Under the pieces are notes generated by a model. The model was not told the DNA's origin. It made no database searches and saw only the letters and a list, made by a program, of their open reading frames with translations. Shown piece after piece: positions 21,589 to 32,356 of a stretch of DNA of 64,000 nt; the first letter of the stretch is position 1; the number at the start of each line of letters is the position of its first letter. The position numbers were made by a program, and so were the translations under genes. The stretch is from Piedraia hortae CBS 480.64. Lineage: Eukaryota. The stretch covers positions 124,001-188,000 of the forward strand of contig MU005986.1 of NCBI GenBank assembly GCA_010093745.1, given 5' to 3'.

Positions 21589-23158
21589 TCAATACTCCGT
21601 ACTCAGCACATCCCAACCAACCAACTTCCACACTTGGTCAGAGAACCACTCGCCCGAGTTCAAGTCCCGTTCGCCTTTCTTCCCCTTGGGCATGGCCACT
21701 TCTTCACCGTCAGCTGGAGGGACTGGTCTACGCAGCGCATCCCGAATTTCAGCGCATTCGTGTCCAAAAAGACAATTGACCAGTGTACGCTGCAGTTTGT
21801 GTCTTGCAGACTGGATCAGCGGGCCATCTTGTTTTACAGCCCGAGTGCGGCCTCTCCTTGGCGCAAGTGTCAACATTTCGTCGCTAGGCATCGCTGGGGT
21901 CGAGTTCATGAAGCCCGGCGCTTGCCCCAGGACCTTGGATAACAAATGGACCAGATAAGGCGCTTCGAGCTTCGCCTGCTCTCTTGCTATATCTGCGGCC
22001 TCTGGCTTCTCATTAGCTTCATGCTCGTCGGCTTCCTCAGCCCGGGTCCCTAGATCAATCTCCTCTTCAACATTCTTCCCTTTTGGATGCCCAAAAACTG
22101 ATGCAAATAACGTGCTGCTGACACGTTCGATGACAGCAAAAGCCATTCCTTCGAAGAGCGATTTGTGAAGGTCACTTTTGCAGTCTAGCTGACCAATTGT
22201 GGAAGCAAGAAATACCGCTAGGTTGTTCAGGCCGGGGATGGTTCTCAATTTGGTCTCGGTGGAAGAATCGTGACGGACTGCTTCGTGCGCAGAGATGGTA
22301 CCCATGCCATCTAAAACTGTTGAAAAAGTCTTCACGTAAGCGTAGACAACTTGGCTAGAGTAAAAGTCTGACCCTAGAAGCATGCTGAAGCGTGAAATGG
22401 CCACAAGAAGCAACGCTATCGCTCTGGCACATACTTTGAGGGTAGTACGAAGGAGCCCTGCGCCAGTGATGACTAGCGTATTGCTCTGCTCTATAGAAGA
22501 AGTGATGAGGGAGGATAGAGATGATGCCGAGCGTTGGAGATGGAAAGCCAGTTCTTGAGAGGCAGCGTTGGAGTCTGTTCCACTGTGACTCAAAGCGTAT
22601 TGCACTTGGATCAGACTCTGAACGAGACCTTCACCCACCGGACCTGCATCAGCATCAGATATCTCTGTCTGTATGCCTGATATGATTTCTTCCACATCGC
22701 TGGTTCTGGGCCTTTTGGCATCCTTGAGTGGACTGGAACTTCTTTCAGTTCCCTGAGAGCGTCAACAACGAACAACCCGAGAAGTCAGTATACTTGCCCT
22801 TTTACTCTTTCTCGATGAAGGTCGAGAAGAGCCTTTACCGCTTTTCAGCTTTTCGAGCTCGGATTTGAGCCTAACGACTTCATCCTCACTCGCGCGTAGG
22901 GCATCTTTGGTACGCTCGTATTCGCATTGCCAAAATGCTGACCTGTCCAGCTGCCGTGTACGAGTGGCCGATTGCTCTTGGACAATATGATCACGGATAC
23001 GTTTGATATATTCTGTCTTGAAATAGTTAATCAGAAACAATCACGTTAGTGGTGAGACAACCTCGTATACTTAGCTCTGGAGGCTTAGAGCGAACTATTG
23101 AAATGGCAAAGGCTATGCTGCGGCTGGATGGGCATTTTGCCTGGTGCGATTGTGTCAT
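21589..23158 (-). CDS. Hypothetical protein; introns 23061-23013 (GT-AG) and 22797-22753 (GC-AG)
   Basis: Three ORF pieces join in frame through these splice sites; coiled-coil middle; C-terminal GEWFSDQVWKLVGWDVL. Confidence 0.65.
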
Positions 23159-23270
23159 TGGGACCGAGACATTGGGATGTGGAAAGGTGGGATGTCTGGA
23201 AAGATTAACCACAGTTGAGGAAGGCGCGATGGAGGCCACCCCAATCTTGACACAGTAATGCTACATGCAG

Positions 23271-24502
23271 CTAGCGATATCGCTCGGTGCTCTTCCGCTG
23301 ATACGGCAGGGGTTGTGTAATCTTTTGCTTGAATTCGACATCCCAGCCTGTAATGTTTGCTCGCTTCATGACGTCGGCAGTATTTTCATCCCACCTTGTG
23401 CGGAACAAATCCACTCCCACCGGCTTCAGGTCGAACTTGTCGAGAAGACTTCGAAGAGTGAAGCCGTCTCTAGTGGAGTAGCGGCTCATCTGCTTGGCGG
23501 CTGCTACGTCTAGAGGATATTTGGTCTGCTCTAGTATGAAAATAGCCATACGTTGGTATTTCAGTCCCTTTTGAGAGTAGGCTGGCATCCATGGCAAGAT
23601 AACTTGACTTTCTGCCAGTTTGTTGAAATCCACCTCAGTGTCTGTAGGAGAAACCTCGATGTTACTAGCCAAAAAGTGACAGCGGTGGGTGTAGCCATCA
23701 GCCTTGACGTTTGGCACATCGGGATTGACCACGGCTATTGTGTAGAGCCTTTTGCCTTGGTCGTACGGCTGGATTTTCATGGCTGGTGGGCGCTCAGAGA
23801 CTAGGCTGTCGACAAAGTCGCCATGCTTTGTCCACTTCTTTTGAGCTGGCCAGCCTAGTGATGTAGACACTATAGGGTCAATGGCGGGCAAGATGTCTGG
23901 GACTACGTGCATCTGTGTGATGCGCTGGACAAGCAAGAGGCGCTTGTAGGACCGCCATTTCTTATCGGCCAAGTGGCGGTAGATAGGCTTACTCATGTCG
24001 CCTTTGCTGTCAGTAAATGTCTGCGGGATTCCTGCTGCCTTCACTCACCCATGCCGTCCTCGAACTTCTTCTTGACCAGCGGGTCGTTGATGTCGGCCAA
24101 GATTTTCGTCTCCTCGAGCTTCCGCCTCATGTCGGCCAGTCGCTTCTGCTTCACATCTTCCTCTTGCGCAGGCACCTGCTTATTCCGCAGCTTCTCGATC
24201 TTCTCGCGGAAGCGTTCGATGGTCGCGAGCTTCTCCTGGCGGTCTTCTTGTAGCACTGCTCTCGCTTCCTGAAAGCATTGATACGGTAGAAGATGGAATG
24301 GGACGTTGCTAGTGGTGGAGATGGCAGCGCGACGGCGGCGACTGCCGACGGGCGACACTCCGCGGCGGACAAGTCGGCGCTCCTTTCGCGGGTTATAGAC
24401 GCGCTCGGGGTCAATAAAAGGACGGTAGTCAGTCTTTTCCTGCTCTACACGCGTAGTTATCCATCTCCTCGCTGTGTGGCGTGTCGCCAGTCTGGTGGTC
24501 AT
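23271..24502 (-). CDS. MRPL35: Mitochondrial large-subunit ribosomal protein mL38 (PEBP-like domain); intron 24048-24002
   Basis: PFHLLPYQCFQEAR, ADINDPLV...GDMSKPIYRHLA, VNPDVP, VDLFRTRWD; in-frame splice. Confidence 0.9.
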
Positions 24503-24567
24503 TGTCGACGTTCGTCGTGCCAAGACGCGCAGCGATCCCGCGGCGGAGCGACTTCACCCCCGGAACA

Positions 24568-25377
24568 ATGCGCCGCATCACCACCAGTCTGCGCCAGTGC
24601 AGTCGTCTGACTACAGAAACATTTCCATCTAGCTATTCACCTCCGCCGAATCCCTTCATCACATCTGCCGCAACAACAATCCACGCGTTCCCGTCGTTTG
24701 AGCCCAAATCCGTCACGAACTACCCATCCACCCATCTCCTCCTGCCCCTGCGCAAGGACATTCTCCACCGCGCCGTCATCTACGAAGGGGATAACGCGCG
24801 ACAAGGCACAGCAAGCACAAAATGGCGCAGCGAAGTGCACGGCTCCGGCCGCAAGATTCGGCCGCAAAAGGGCACCGGAAGCGCACGTCTAGGAGATAAG
24901 AAATCCCCAATGCTGCGCGGCGGAGGTGTAGCCTTTGGGCCCAAACCGCGCGACTTTGGCACAAATCTCCCTGCGAAGCTGTACGACCTCGCATGGCGGA
25001 CGGCCCTCTCATATCGCTACGCAAAGGGCGAACTCATAGTTGTCGAAGGCGAGGCGGAGTTGGAAGGCATAGCTGAAGACCATCTATCCACATACCTCAA
25101 AGACGTCCTACAGCACAATAAAATGGGCCATGCGAACGGCCGCACAATGTTCCTCACCTGTAGGCGAAACGAGGGTCTTTTCGAGGCCCTCAAGGGAGAG
25201 AAGATGGGTCGTGAGGCTATAGCAAAGGACGTCAGCCACGTCGATGTCAAGAATCTGTTAGAGCTGGGGAGGCTCGTCGTCGAGCAACGCGCTCTGGACC
25301 TTATCCTTACCCAGCACGAGAGCGACTTGTCGCCTGATCAGCGATTGAGAAAATGGAGAGAGAGAACAACACTGTAA
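24568..25377 (+). CDS. YML6: Mitochondrial ribosomal protein uL4m
   Basis: RQGTASTKWRSEVHGSGRKIRPQKGTGSARLG..SPMLRGGGVAFGPKPRD L4 signature; ATG at 24568. Confidence 0.92.
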   Translation: MRRITTSLRQCSRLTTETFPSSYSPPPNPFITSAATTIHAFPSFEPKSVTNYPSTHLLLPLRKDILHRAVIYEGDNARQGTASTKWRSEVHGSGRKIRPQKGTGSARLGDKKSPMLRGGGVAFGPKPRDFGTNLPAKLYDLAWRTALSYRYAKGELIVVEGEAELEGIAEDHLSTYLKDVLQHNKMGHANGRTMFLTCRRNEGLFEALKGEKMGREAIAKDVSHVDVKNLLELGRLVVEQRALDLILTQHESDLSPDQRLRKWRERTTL

Positions 25378-25388
25378 AAGGAATACAA

Positions 25389-25808
25389 TCATCCACCATG
25401 TAATGTAGACACAAAAACAATCTCGTCCCTCGGTTGGAGGATGTAGTTTTCTTCCCCTTCGAGCTCCCAATCTGCGTCGTTGATAAGGACTAAGATTCCC
25501 GGGCGGCTGTCCACCAATCAGTCATTGCCCTACAATAAACATAGATCATTGAACGAACACAGTTCCATCAAGAACGAACATATCCCTCCTCGAATCCGTC
25601 ATCAAATTCTCACACAGCCAGGTAATCAAGTACGCAACATCGGCTGGTTTTCCCCGCTCCGTAGCGGGGATCGTAATCGCATGCTTCCTCTGGTTCGAGA
25701 ACAGGACTTCTAGCCCTCCCCTTCAAAAATCAATAAAAGAACTCCCCCTCCCCCCCCCTAGACATTCAAAACTCACGTAAACTCAACTCTGATCTGAATA
25801 TCCTCCAT
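25389..25808 (-). CDS. URM1: Ubiquitin-related modifier 1; introns 25776-25721 and 25558-25507
   Basis: Spliced product [24 protein letters not shown]...[21 protein letters not shown]...FVSTLHGG*; not recovered as a whole by the ORF track. Confidence 0.95.
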
Positions 25809-25985
25809 CGCGGTCTGTGTGGGGTTGAATGAAAAAAAGTTCCCCGCCAAGACACCACCACACCAACAACACCGACCGCAATAACAACAACAAGTCTTTG
25901 AGTCCCAACAGAACGAAACCCCTACAAGTGAAGTTACAAATACCCAATAATTTTTCAACCCCTCCACACGGTCAAAAAGGCAAAG

Positions 25986-28235
25986 ATGCAGCCCATATTC
26001 ATCTCCGCGGGAGGAAACACCCACCCCTCCAGCGCCTCCTGGCGCGAGAACCTCCTCGCCTTTGGCAGCGGCACAAACATCGCATTATGGAACCCATCCC
26101 TCCACCGGGGAGTCTACGCCCTCCTCAAAGGACACACCAAAGCCGTAAACGCAGTTGAACTTTCCACCATCCCCTCCAAAGGATGGATAACCCTCTTCTC
26201 CGGCGGAGCGGACGGCGAAATTCGAGTCTGGTCCCAAAAACCCACCGAGCCAACCTCAGAAGGTGCAAGATGGGAGTGCACACACACCCTCAACCGCACC
26301 GCATCGATAAACGCCCTACGCGCTCTCCCTGCCGCGGGGGTTTTGGTCACCGGTTCCGCGGACAGGAGAGTTGGGGTCTACGGGTTGGATGACTACGAGC
26401 TCATACAAGACATCCTGCTCACGCCGAAATATATCCCTCTTGCGGTCGCTGCTACCGTCCTGGGGAATGGTGTTGTAGTACTCGCTGTTGCGGGAACGGG
26501 GACTTTGATTCAGATTTTTACGAGATGGGGCGAAGGGGGTTTTGAATTGAAAGCTTCGCTTAAAGGTCATGAGGGCTGGATACGGGGGTTGGATTTCTAC
26601 ACGAATGGGAACGAGACGCTCCTCGCGTCGGGGAGTCAGGATAAGTTTATTAGGTTGTGGAGGTTTAAGTACGGGGAGAGGGTGGATGGATTGGAGAATA
26701 AAGCGTATGAGCTTGGGGATGGGTATGAGGTTGCGCTTGAGGCTCTGCTCGTGGGGCATGAGGATTGGGTTTATACTGTTAAGTGGATGGATGGGGCAAG
26801 TGAGCCGACTTTGTTGTCTGCGTCGGCAGATAATTCGTTGGCGGTTTGGCAGGCGGATTCGGCATCGGGAGTTTGGGTCTCGAAGACGAGGTTGGGGGAG
26901 ATAAGTGTGCAGAAGGGTTCGACGACTGCTACGGGAAGTACGGGGGGTTTTGCGATTGGGTTGTGGATGCCCGATGGCGGGTCGGTTGTTAGTCTTGGAC
27001 GGACGGGGAGTTGGAGGAAGTGGGATTTTGATGAGGAGTCGAAGAGGTGGATGCAGGCTGTTGGTGTGAGTGGTCATGTTAAGGAGGTTCAGGACTTGGC
27101 TTGGGCTACTGATGGCTCGTATTTGCTCACCACGAGCTTCGATCAGACTACTAGGCTGTTTGCCGAGTGGGAGAGGACTTCGTCATGGCATGAGTTTGCG
27201 AGACCGCAGATTCATGGCTACGATTTGATCTGTATTGATGCGCTGAAAGGTCATCGGTTCGTTTCTGGAGCGGAGGAGAAACTGCTGAGGGTCTTCAACG
27301 AGCCAAGGTCGATAAATGCTCTGCTAGGGCGATTGTGTGGCTCCGAAGCGAAAAAGGAGCTGCCGGATGCTGCGAGTGTGCCGGTACTTGGATTGTCGAA
27401 CAAGACGGTAGCGGCTGAAGACGAGAATGGGGTTGATCCGTTTACGGAGACGCAGAAAGTAATTGCAGAGCTCGACCATCCGCCGTTGGAGGATCACCTG
27501 GCTCGATTCACGCTCTGGCCAGAGCAGGAGAAGCTCTACGGCCACGGATATCAGATTTCTGCTGTTGCTGCCTCCCATGATGGAAGTCTGGTGGCAACAG
27601 CCTGTGGGGCTAGCACAAGTGAACATGCAGTCGTTCGCATTTACGAAACGACCGGGTGGACAGAGGTGAAGCCGCCTCTGGCAGCTCATTCATTAACAAT
27701 CACCAGCCTTGCATTTTCACAAGATGATCAGCACCTTTTGAGCGTCGGTCGCGACAGGCAATGGGCCGTCTTTAAGCGTGAGAGCCCTACAGAATACAAA
27801 TTGCTCACACGCAACCTCAAAGGTCACAGTCGTATGATTCTCGACTGCTCGTGGGCCCCAAAGTCTTTGGGCAACGCATTTGTTACGGCTGGCAGGAACA
27901 AGGAAGTCAACTTTTGGAGGCTGGACGGTGATAAATGTGAAATGGCGTCAAGCCTCCCGACGCCGGCTCCAGTTTCAGCCATTGCGTTTAGGCAGGAAAC
28001 CGATACCAACGGTGAGGCGTTTGTGGCTCTTGGAATGGATACAGGCGACGTGCAGCTGGTCGCTGTCGATGGACGTCTGGAAGTCAAGGCCCAGATATCA
28101 TTTGCTGCAAGCGAATGCCCCTCGGCTGCAATTACCGGTCTTCGATGGCGCCCCGGCACATCGCACTTGGCAGTTGCCAGCGACGATCACTCTTTACGCA
28201 TATATGATACGGACGCAGCCAATCATTGGTCGTAG
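25986..28235 (+). CDS. ELP2: Elongator complex subunit 2 (double WD40)
   Basis: WD40 repeats with GHEDWV, WHEFARPQIHGYD, FVSGAEEKLLRVF, TLWPEQEKLYGHG motifs. Confidence 0.95.
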   Translation: MQPIFISAGGNTHPSSASWRENLLAFGSGTNIALWNPSLHRGVYALLKGHTKAVNAVELSTIPSKGWITLFSGGADGEIRVWSQKPTEPTSEGARWECTHTLNRTASINALRALPAAGVLVTGSADRRVGVYGLDDYELIQDILLTPKYIPLAVAATVLGNGVVVLAVAGTGTLIQIFTRWGEGGFELKASLKGHEGWIRGLDFYTNGNETLLASGSQDKFIRLWRFKYGERVDGLENKAYELGDGYEVALEALLVGHEDWVYTVKWMDGASEPTLLSASADNSLAVWQADSASGVWVSKTRLGEISVQKGSTTATGSTGGFAIGLWMPDGGSVVSLGRTGSWRKWDFDEESKRWMQAVGVSGHVKEVQDLAWATDGSYLLTTSFDQTTRLFAEWERTSSWHEFARPQIHGYDLICIDALKGHRFVSGAEEKLLRVFNEPRSINALLGRLCGSEAKKELPDAASVPVLGLSNKTVAAEDENGVDPFTETQKVIAELDHPPLEDHLARFTLWPEQEKLYGHGYQISAVAASHDGSLVATACGASTSEHAVVRIYETTGWTEVKPPLAAHSLTITSLAFSQDDQHLLSVGRDRQWAVFKRESPTEYKLLTRNLKGHSRMILDCSWAPKSLGNAFVTAGRNKEVNFWRLDGDKCEMASSLPTPAPVSAIAFRQETDTNGEAFVALGMDTGDVQLVAVDGRLEVKAQISFAASECPSAAITGLRWRPGTSHLAVASDDHSLRIYDTDAANHWS

Positions 28236-28323
28236 TTCAAAGGTCCGGGCCGGCTAAGCGGCACCCACTGTGGATGAATAATGGATGAGCGCTGCAATTT
28301 GACATTGTCCTTCAGCACAGCCG

Positions 28324-30174
28324 ATGGAGCGACCGAAAAAACTCCAGCGGATCAGCCAAGCCTGTGATCTCTGTCATCGGCGGAGCATCCGCTGTCGGCC
28401 TAGCGCCGAGAACCCTCAACGGGCATGTCAAAACTGCTATGATTTCAACGTCGAGTGCACCTACAACCGACCTTCGCGACGTCGACGTAACCAGGCGGCG
28501 CAGTCGGGTCCCCCAAACGTTCTTCCTGGTCAGACTTTAGCGTCGCCGCGATCTGAAAATGCGCGGGGCGAGAGTTCTCGATCAACGCCCCATGGGACGA
28601 CCAGAAGAGAGCAGCCAGACTACACTGGAGCATATGGTGCAGTGAGAGAGGGTGCCCATGATGAGTTACAGGGCTTGGCTTGGAGGTCTTTTGCCGCTGC
28701 TAGACTAAACGTGATTGATCAATATATGGAAGTGTACATGGACGCTATTCATCCCCTGTTCCCGTTTTACCACAGGCCAACTCTCTTGGAGCAACTGAGG
28801 AAGCGACGTCATCTCACAGACAGGTCTTTGTTCGCATCCATCATGGCGGCGTGTGCCTTGACTGCTTCGCGAATCAGGGACGGAGCAACAGACCGGAGAC
28901 AGTTGGGCTCGGACCCGGATTGGTCGTCAGAGGTATTTTTCGCGGCCGCACAAGATGCCGTATACCAAGACTTAAACATGGCCAAGGGTATTGGTTTCAT
29001 GCAAGCCTGTGGCCTGTTGGCACTGACCAGTATCCAGTATGGACAAATACGGATGATGCATTTGCATCTCGGCACATATCATACGCTAAGAGCCATGCAG
29101 CGGTTCCACAACGAAGATCATTGGCCGGCAGGTCTGTCAGTGATTGAGAAGGAAGAAAGGCGACGCCTATTCTGGTCCATGTATTCGGTTGACATATTCA
29201 TATCAGTCACATTCGATGCTGTGATCAAATCAGAAGAAACGCATTCCAATGTGCGATACCCGAGCGAAAGCAGTGATGAGGATCTCAGTGCCGGTGTTTC
29301 CACGCCCTCCAGCCCTGAAAGCTGGTTACGCGGGTGGAACTTTTGCGTAGATCTCTACCGCATCCTGGAGCACACTGTCAAACGCATGAGACGGTTTAAG
29401 CAGCCGAGCAGTGATAAGATTGCCGTCACGCGAATGCTAATCAATGACGACGTACCAGAAGGACAAATCATGGAACAGGTCATGGCCATTTACTACGAGC
29501 TGCCGGAGCGTTTTCGTAACAGCAGCCTTCCGGTGACTGGCGATATGTCTCACGATATATACGGTTTTCAGATGGCAAACATCCAGGCTACGCTGCAAAT
29601 GGTACGAATGACGCTGTTTTCTATGGATTACTCGCACGACGTCTACCAGAGATGCAACGTAGCGGAGCAGGTTTTGACAACCTTTCATGGCATTTCGCCA
29701 TACTATCTGAGAGCTATCAGTACGCCTTTGGTTTATCATTTAGGTAGCATCGGAAAAATTCTGGCATCAGTCATGGAAGGGAGGCTCTGCGAAGAATCGT
29801 ATTTGCGGGTAAGAGGGCTGCTGGTGTCTATGGCGGATCTGTTGCAAGGGCTGGAGTCGGGACTGCAGCCCACGGCTGGGGCGAGTAGAGAGATGAGAAA
29901 ACAAATTGACAAGATTGATCGGTACATGGAGGCACAAAGGCGCATATTACCATCTTCGCAGCAGCCACAGGCTCAGCAGCAGCCGCATCAGGCACCCCAG
30001 ACCCAACAGTCTCGGCAGCTACCTCAAAGGATGCCTCCATCGCTTCCAATGCCAGAAGGAATGCCAGGGCCAGCGACCGCTTTTGACGAGTTCCAGCTGC
30101 CGACGGAATTGGTGAGTTCCGACTCTTGGCCGTGGCCATTCGATTTTACTGCTGAGCAGCAATTACGATTTTGA
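28324..30174 (+). CDS. Zn(II)2Cys6 transcription factor with fungal-specific TF domain
   Basis: ACDLCHRRSIRC...CQNC...C cluster; EERRRLFWSMYSVD middle homology region. Confidence 0.9.
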   Translation: MERPKKLQRISQACDLCHRRSIRCRPSAENPQRACQNCYDFNVECTYNRPSRRRRNQAAQSGPPNVLPGQTLASPRSENARGESSRSTPHGTTRREQPDYTGAYGAVREGAHDELQGLAWRSFAAARLNVIDQYMEVYMDAIHPLFPFYHRPTLLEQLRKRRHLTDRSLFASIMAACALTASRIRDGATDRRQLGSDPDWSSEVFFAAAQDAVYQDLNMAKGIGFMQACGLLALTSIQYGQIRMMHLHLGTYHTLRAMQRFHNEDHWPAGLSVIEKEERRRLFWSMYSVDIFISVTFDAVIKSEETHSNVRYPSESSDEDLSAGVSTPSSPESWLRGWNFCVDLYRILEHTVKRMRRFKQPSSDKIAVTRMLINDDVPEGQIMEQVMAIYYELPERFRNSSLPVTGDMSHDIYGFQMANIQATLQMVRMTLFSMDYSHDVYQRCNVAEQVLTTFHGISPYYLRAISTPLVYHLGSIGKILASVMEGRLCEESYLRVRGLLVSMADLLQGLESGLQPTAGASREMRKQIDKIDRYMEAQRRILPSSQQPQAQQQPHQAPQTQQSRQLPQRMPPSLPMPEGMPGPATAFDEFQLPTELVSSDSWPWPFDFTAEQQLRF

Positions 30175-30210
30175 TAATGTACAATTGCAATGATTATAGA
30201 CATGAACCAA

Positions 30211-30726
30211 TCATCGATCCTGGAAGTCAGACGCCTGCATGTTTCTGGTCCGTGACGGTAATTTGACCTTGACATCAGTAATCACGTCTGCTATGGTTTG
30301 CCAACGACTCACCACTAAGCCATCCAGCTCCTTGCTCATTGGTACTTGGCACCCCAATCGACTTGTGCTTGTAAGACCAAAGGCTAGATCAAGCATGTCG
30401 TCCTCTTCATCGCTCGGTTCGGGCATTTTGTCATACATTTCCTCGTCTTGGACAATCACGTGGCACGTGCTGCATGCACAGGATCCTCCGCAAGCACCTT
30501 CCATTTCCAAGTCATTTGCCTGAGCTATATCGAGGAGGTTATCTCCATCTGCGGCTACTATGGGGACTTTGCGACCCTCGCGGTCGATGAAAGTCACATG
30601 TCGTTCTTCGCCCGGCTTGGGCTTCCTTAAAGTGCCGTGATTCCTTGTTTGGGAAAAGGCAAATGATCTTCGGGGAAGAGATTGCAATCGTAGTGGCCGC
30701 AAGAGCAGCATTGGCCGCACTGGCAT
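30211..30726 (-). CDS. YAH1: Mitochondrial [2Fe-2S] ferredoxin (adrenodoxin-like); intron 30312-30268
   Basis: EGACGGSCACSTCHV, EEDDMLDLAFGLT.TSRLGCQ; Arg-rich presequence from ATG 30726. Confidence 0.95.
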   Translation of the reverse strand: MPVRPMLLLRPLRLQSLPRRSFAFSQTRNHGTLRKPKPGEERHVTFIDREGRKVPIVAADGDNLLDIAQANDLEMEGACGGSCACSTCHVIVQDEEMYDKMPEPSDEEDDMLDLAFGLTSTSRLGCQVPMSKELDGLVVSRWQTIADVITDVKVKLPSRTRNMQASDFQDR

Positions 30727-30879
30727 TGTTGAAGTTTGAATTGAAGAGCCGGACCGTTCCGATGTCACACTGTGACACTGTGACATTCACTGTCAGTGTC
30801 ACGTCGTCGACGGTCCGTCCCGAACCACCTTGATGAACCGACTTCATCGCTTGGGTTTGAAGAGATTCCTAACGCAGCC

Positions 30880-32280
30880 ATGGACGATCGTTTTCCACTT
30901 GCGGCTTCTAGAGAGCCTAATCCCCTGAGGCCGTATCAGTAGGTTTACAGCTAACCGCCGTGCTTTGGACGTAATCTAACGACCGATAGCATCCCCCCTT
31001 CTATCGGCCACCAGCCCTCAAGACCACAACGAGAGCTCCTCCCAGAGCTGGACCTCAACTTCACATCTTCCGCAGCAGAGGCATGGCGCGGGAGCAGAAG
31101 CCTCATTGACAACCTGTTTTACCGGTATACAAGTGTTCTGCTTGCCCAACCTCTTGATGTCGCAAGGATCATACTCCAAGTGTCCCTCCCGCCGGAATTG
31201 ACTGCTGCGCGAACCCCTTTCGAACGACCTTTGCGTCCTTCTGCGATCCCTACTGCCGATGATTCGAATTCCGACTCCGACTCCGACTCCGAATCGGACA
31301 GCAGTGTGGTTGCATACTTTGCCTCCCAATCACGGTCACGGTCACCAAAAAAAAGAGAGACTCTTTCAAAAACGCCGACTCCCAGGTTATCCTCTCCCGC
31401 CTCTGCTCCGCGTGAAGAGCACACACTCCAACTGCGCAAAGCGGACAGTATATCGCAGGTGCTTAGCCAATTATATCAGACATCGGGGGCTATAGGCCTC
31501 TGGCGCGCATCAAACACAACATTCATCTACACAACATTATCTCGGATGACTGAATCGTTTCTTAGAGGCTTCCTGTATGCTGTAATGAGCATAACAGATA
31601 TCATGCCCAGTCCAGCAGCGCTTCTCGCCTCAGATCCGTCCGGGCTGGCCTCGGGCTTCACAGGCGGACTTCTCAGCGGAGCAGATTTCTCGGCCAGCGC
31701 GAACCCAATGGGTCACTTGGCTGTACTGGCACTCGCGACTGGAATTACAGGCGTCCTCCTCTCACCGCTAGACCTTATCCGCACGCGGTTGGTGGTGACA
31801 CCACTTTCACATCCCCCCCGAGGTTTGGTTGCCAACATTCGCCGCCTACCTTCTCTGCTCCCCTCGCCCTCGCTCTATATCCCAACCATCCTCGCCCACA
31901 CCCTTCCGCCCCTGTTCTCTGCCTGCGTTCCACTCTTCTTGACACGGAAATTCTCCTTCAAACCCTCAACTTCTACCCTAGCCCTGCTCATGGGCTGTGC
32001 AAACCTAATGGTCCGCCTCCCACTTGAGACCATCCTCCGAAGGGCACACATTGCCGAGATCAAGCGCTCTGAGCCGCTGGTCAAGACAATCATACCGCCG
32101 GGAGGATACGGCGGGGTCTTCCCCACCATAGGGACGGTGTGTCGGGAGGGCACGAGGCCGAATGGACGCAAGGGACAGGGTGTTGCAGGGCTATATCGGG
32201 GTTGGAAGGTCGGATTCTGGGGGTTAATGGGAGTTTGGATGATTGGCTGGGGCGCATCAGGCGCTGGCGGCGAGTTTTGA
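30880..32280 (+). CDS. UGO1: Mitochondrial outer-membrane fusion protein Ugo1; intron 30939-30989
   Basis: Spliced N-terminus PNPLRPYHIPPSIG, YTSVLLAQPLDVARIILQV, carrier-like PLDLIRTRL and PLETILRR motifs, GLYRGWKVG. Confidence 0.85.
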
Positions 32281-32356
32281 ATCCTTTATTCACGAGCGGG
32301 ACGTGTACCTTTATCAATTGTACATACATTGACTGTCCTTTCCTAAAAATACAAGC

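Noticed and set aside
31268..31298. GACTCC hexamer repeat
   Set aside because: Simply encodes an Asp-Ser low-complexity tract inside Ugo1
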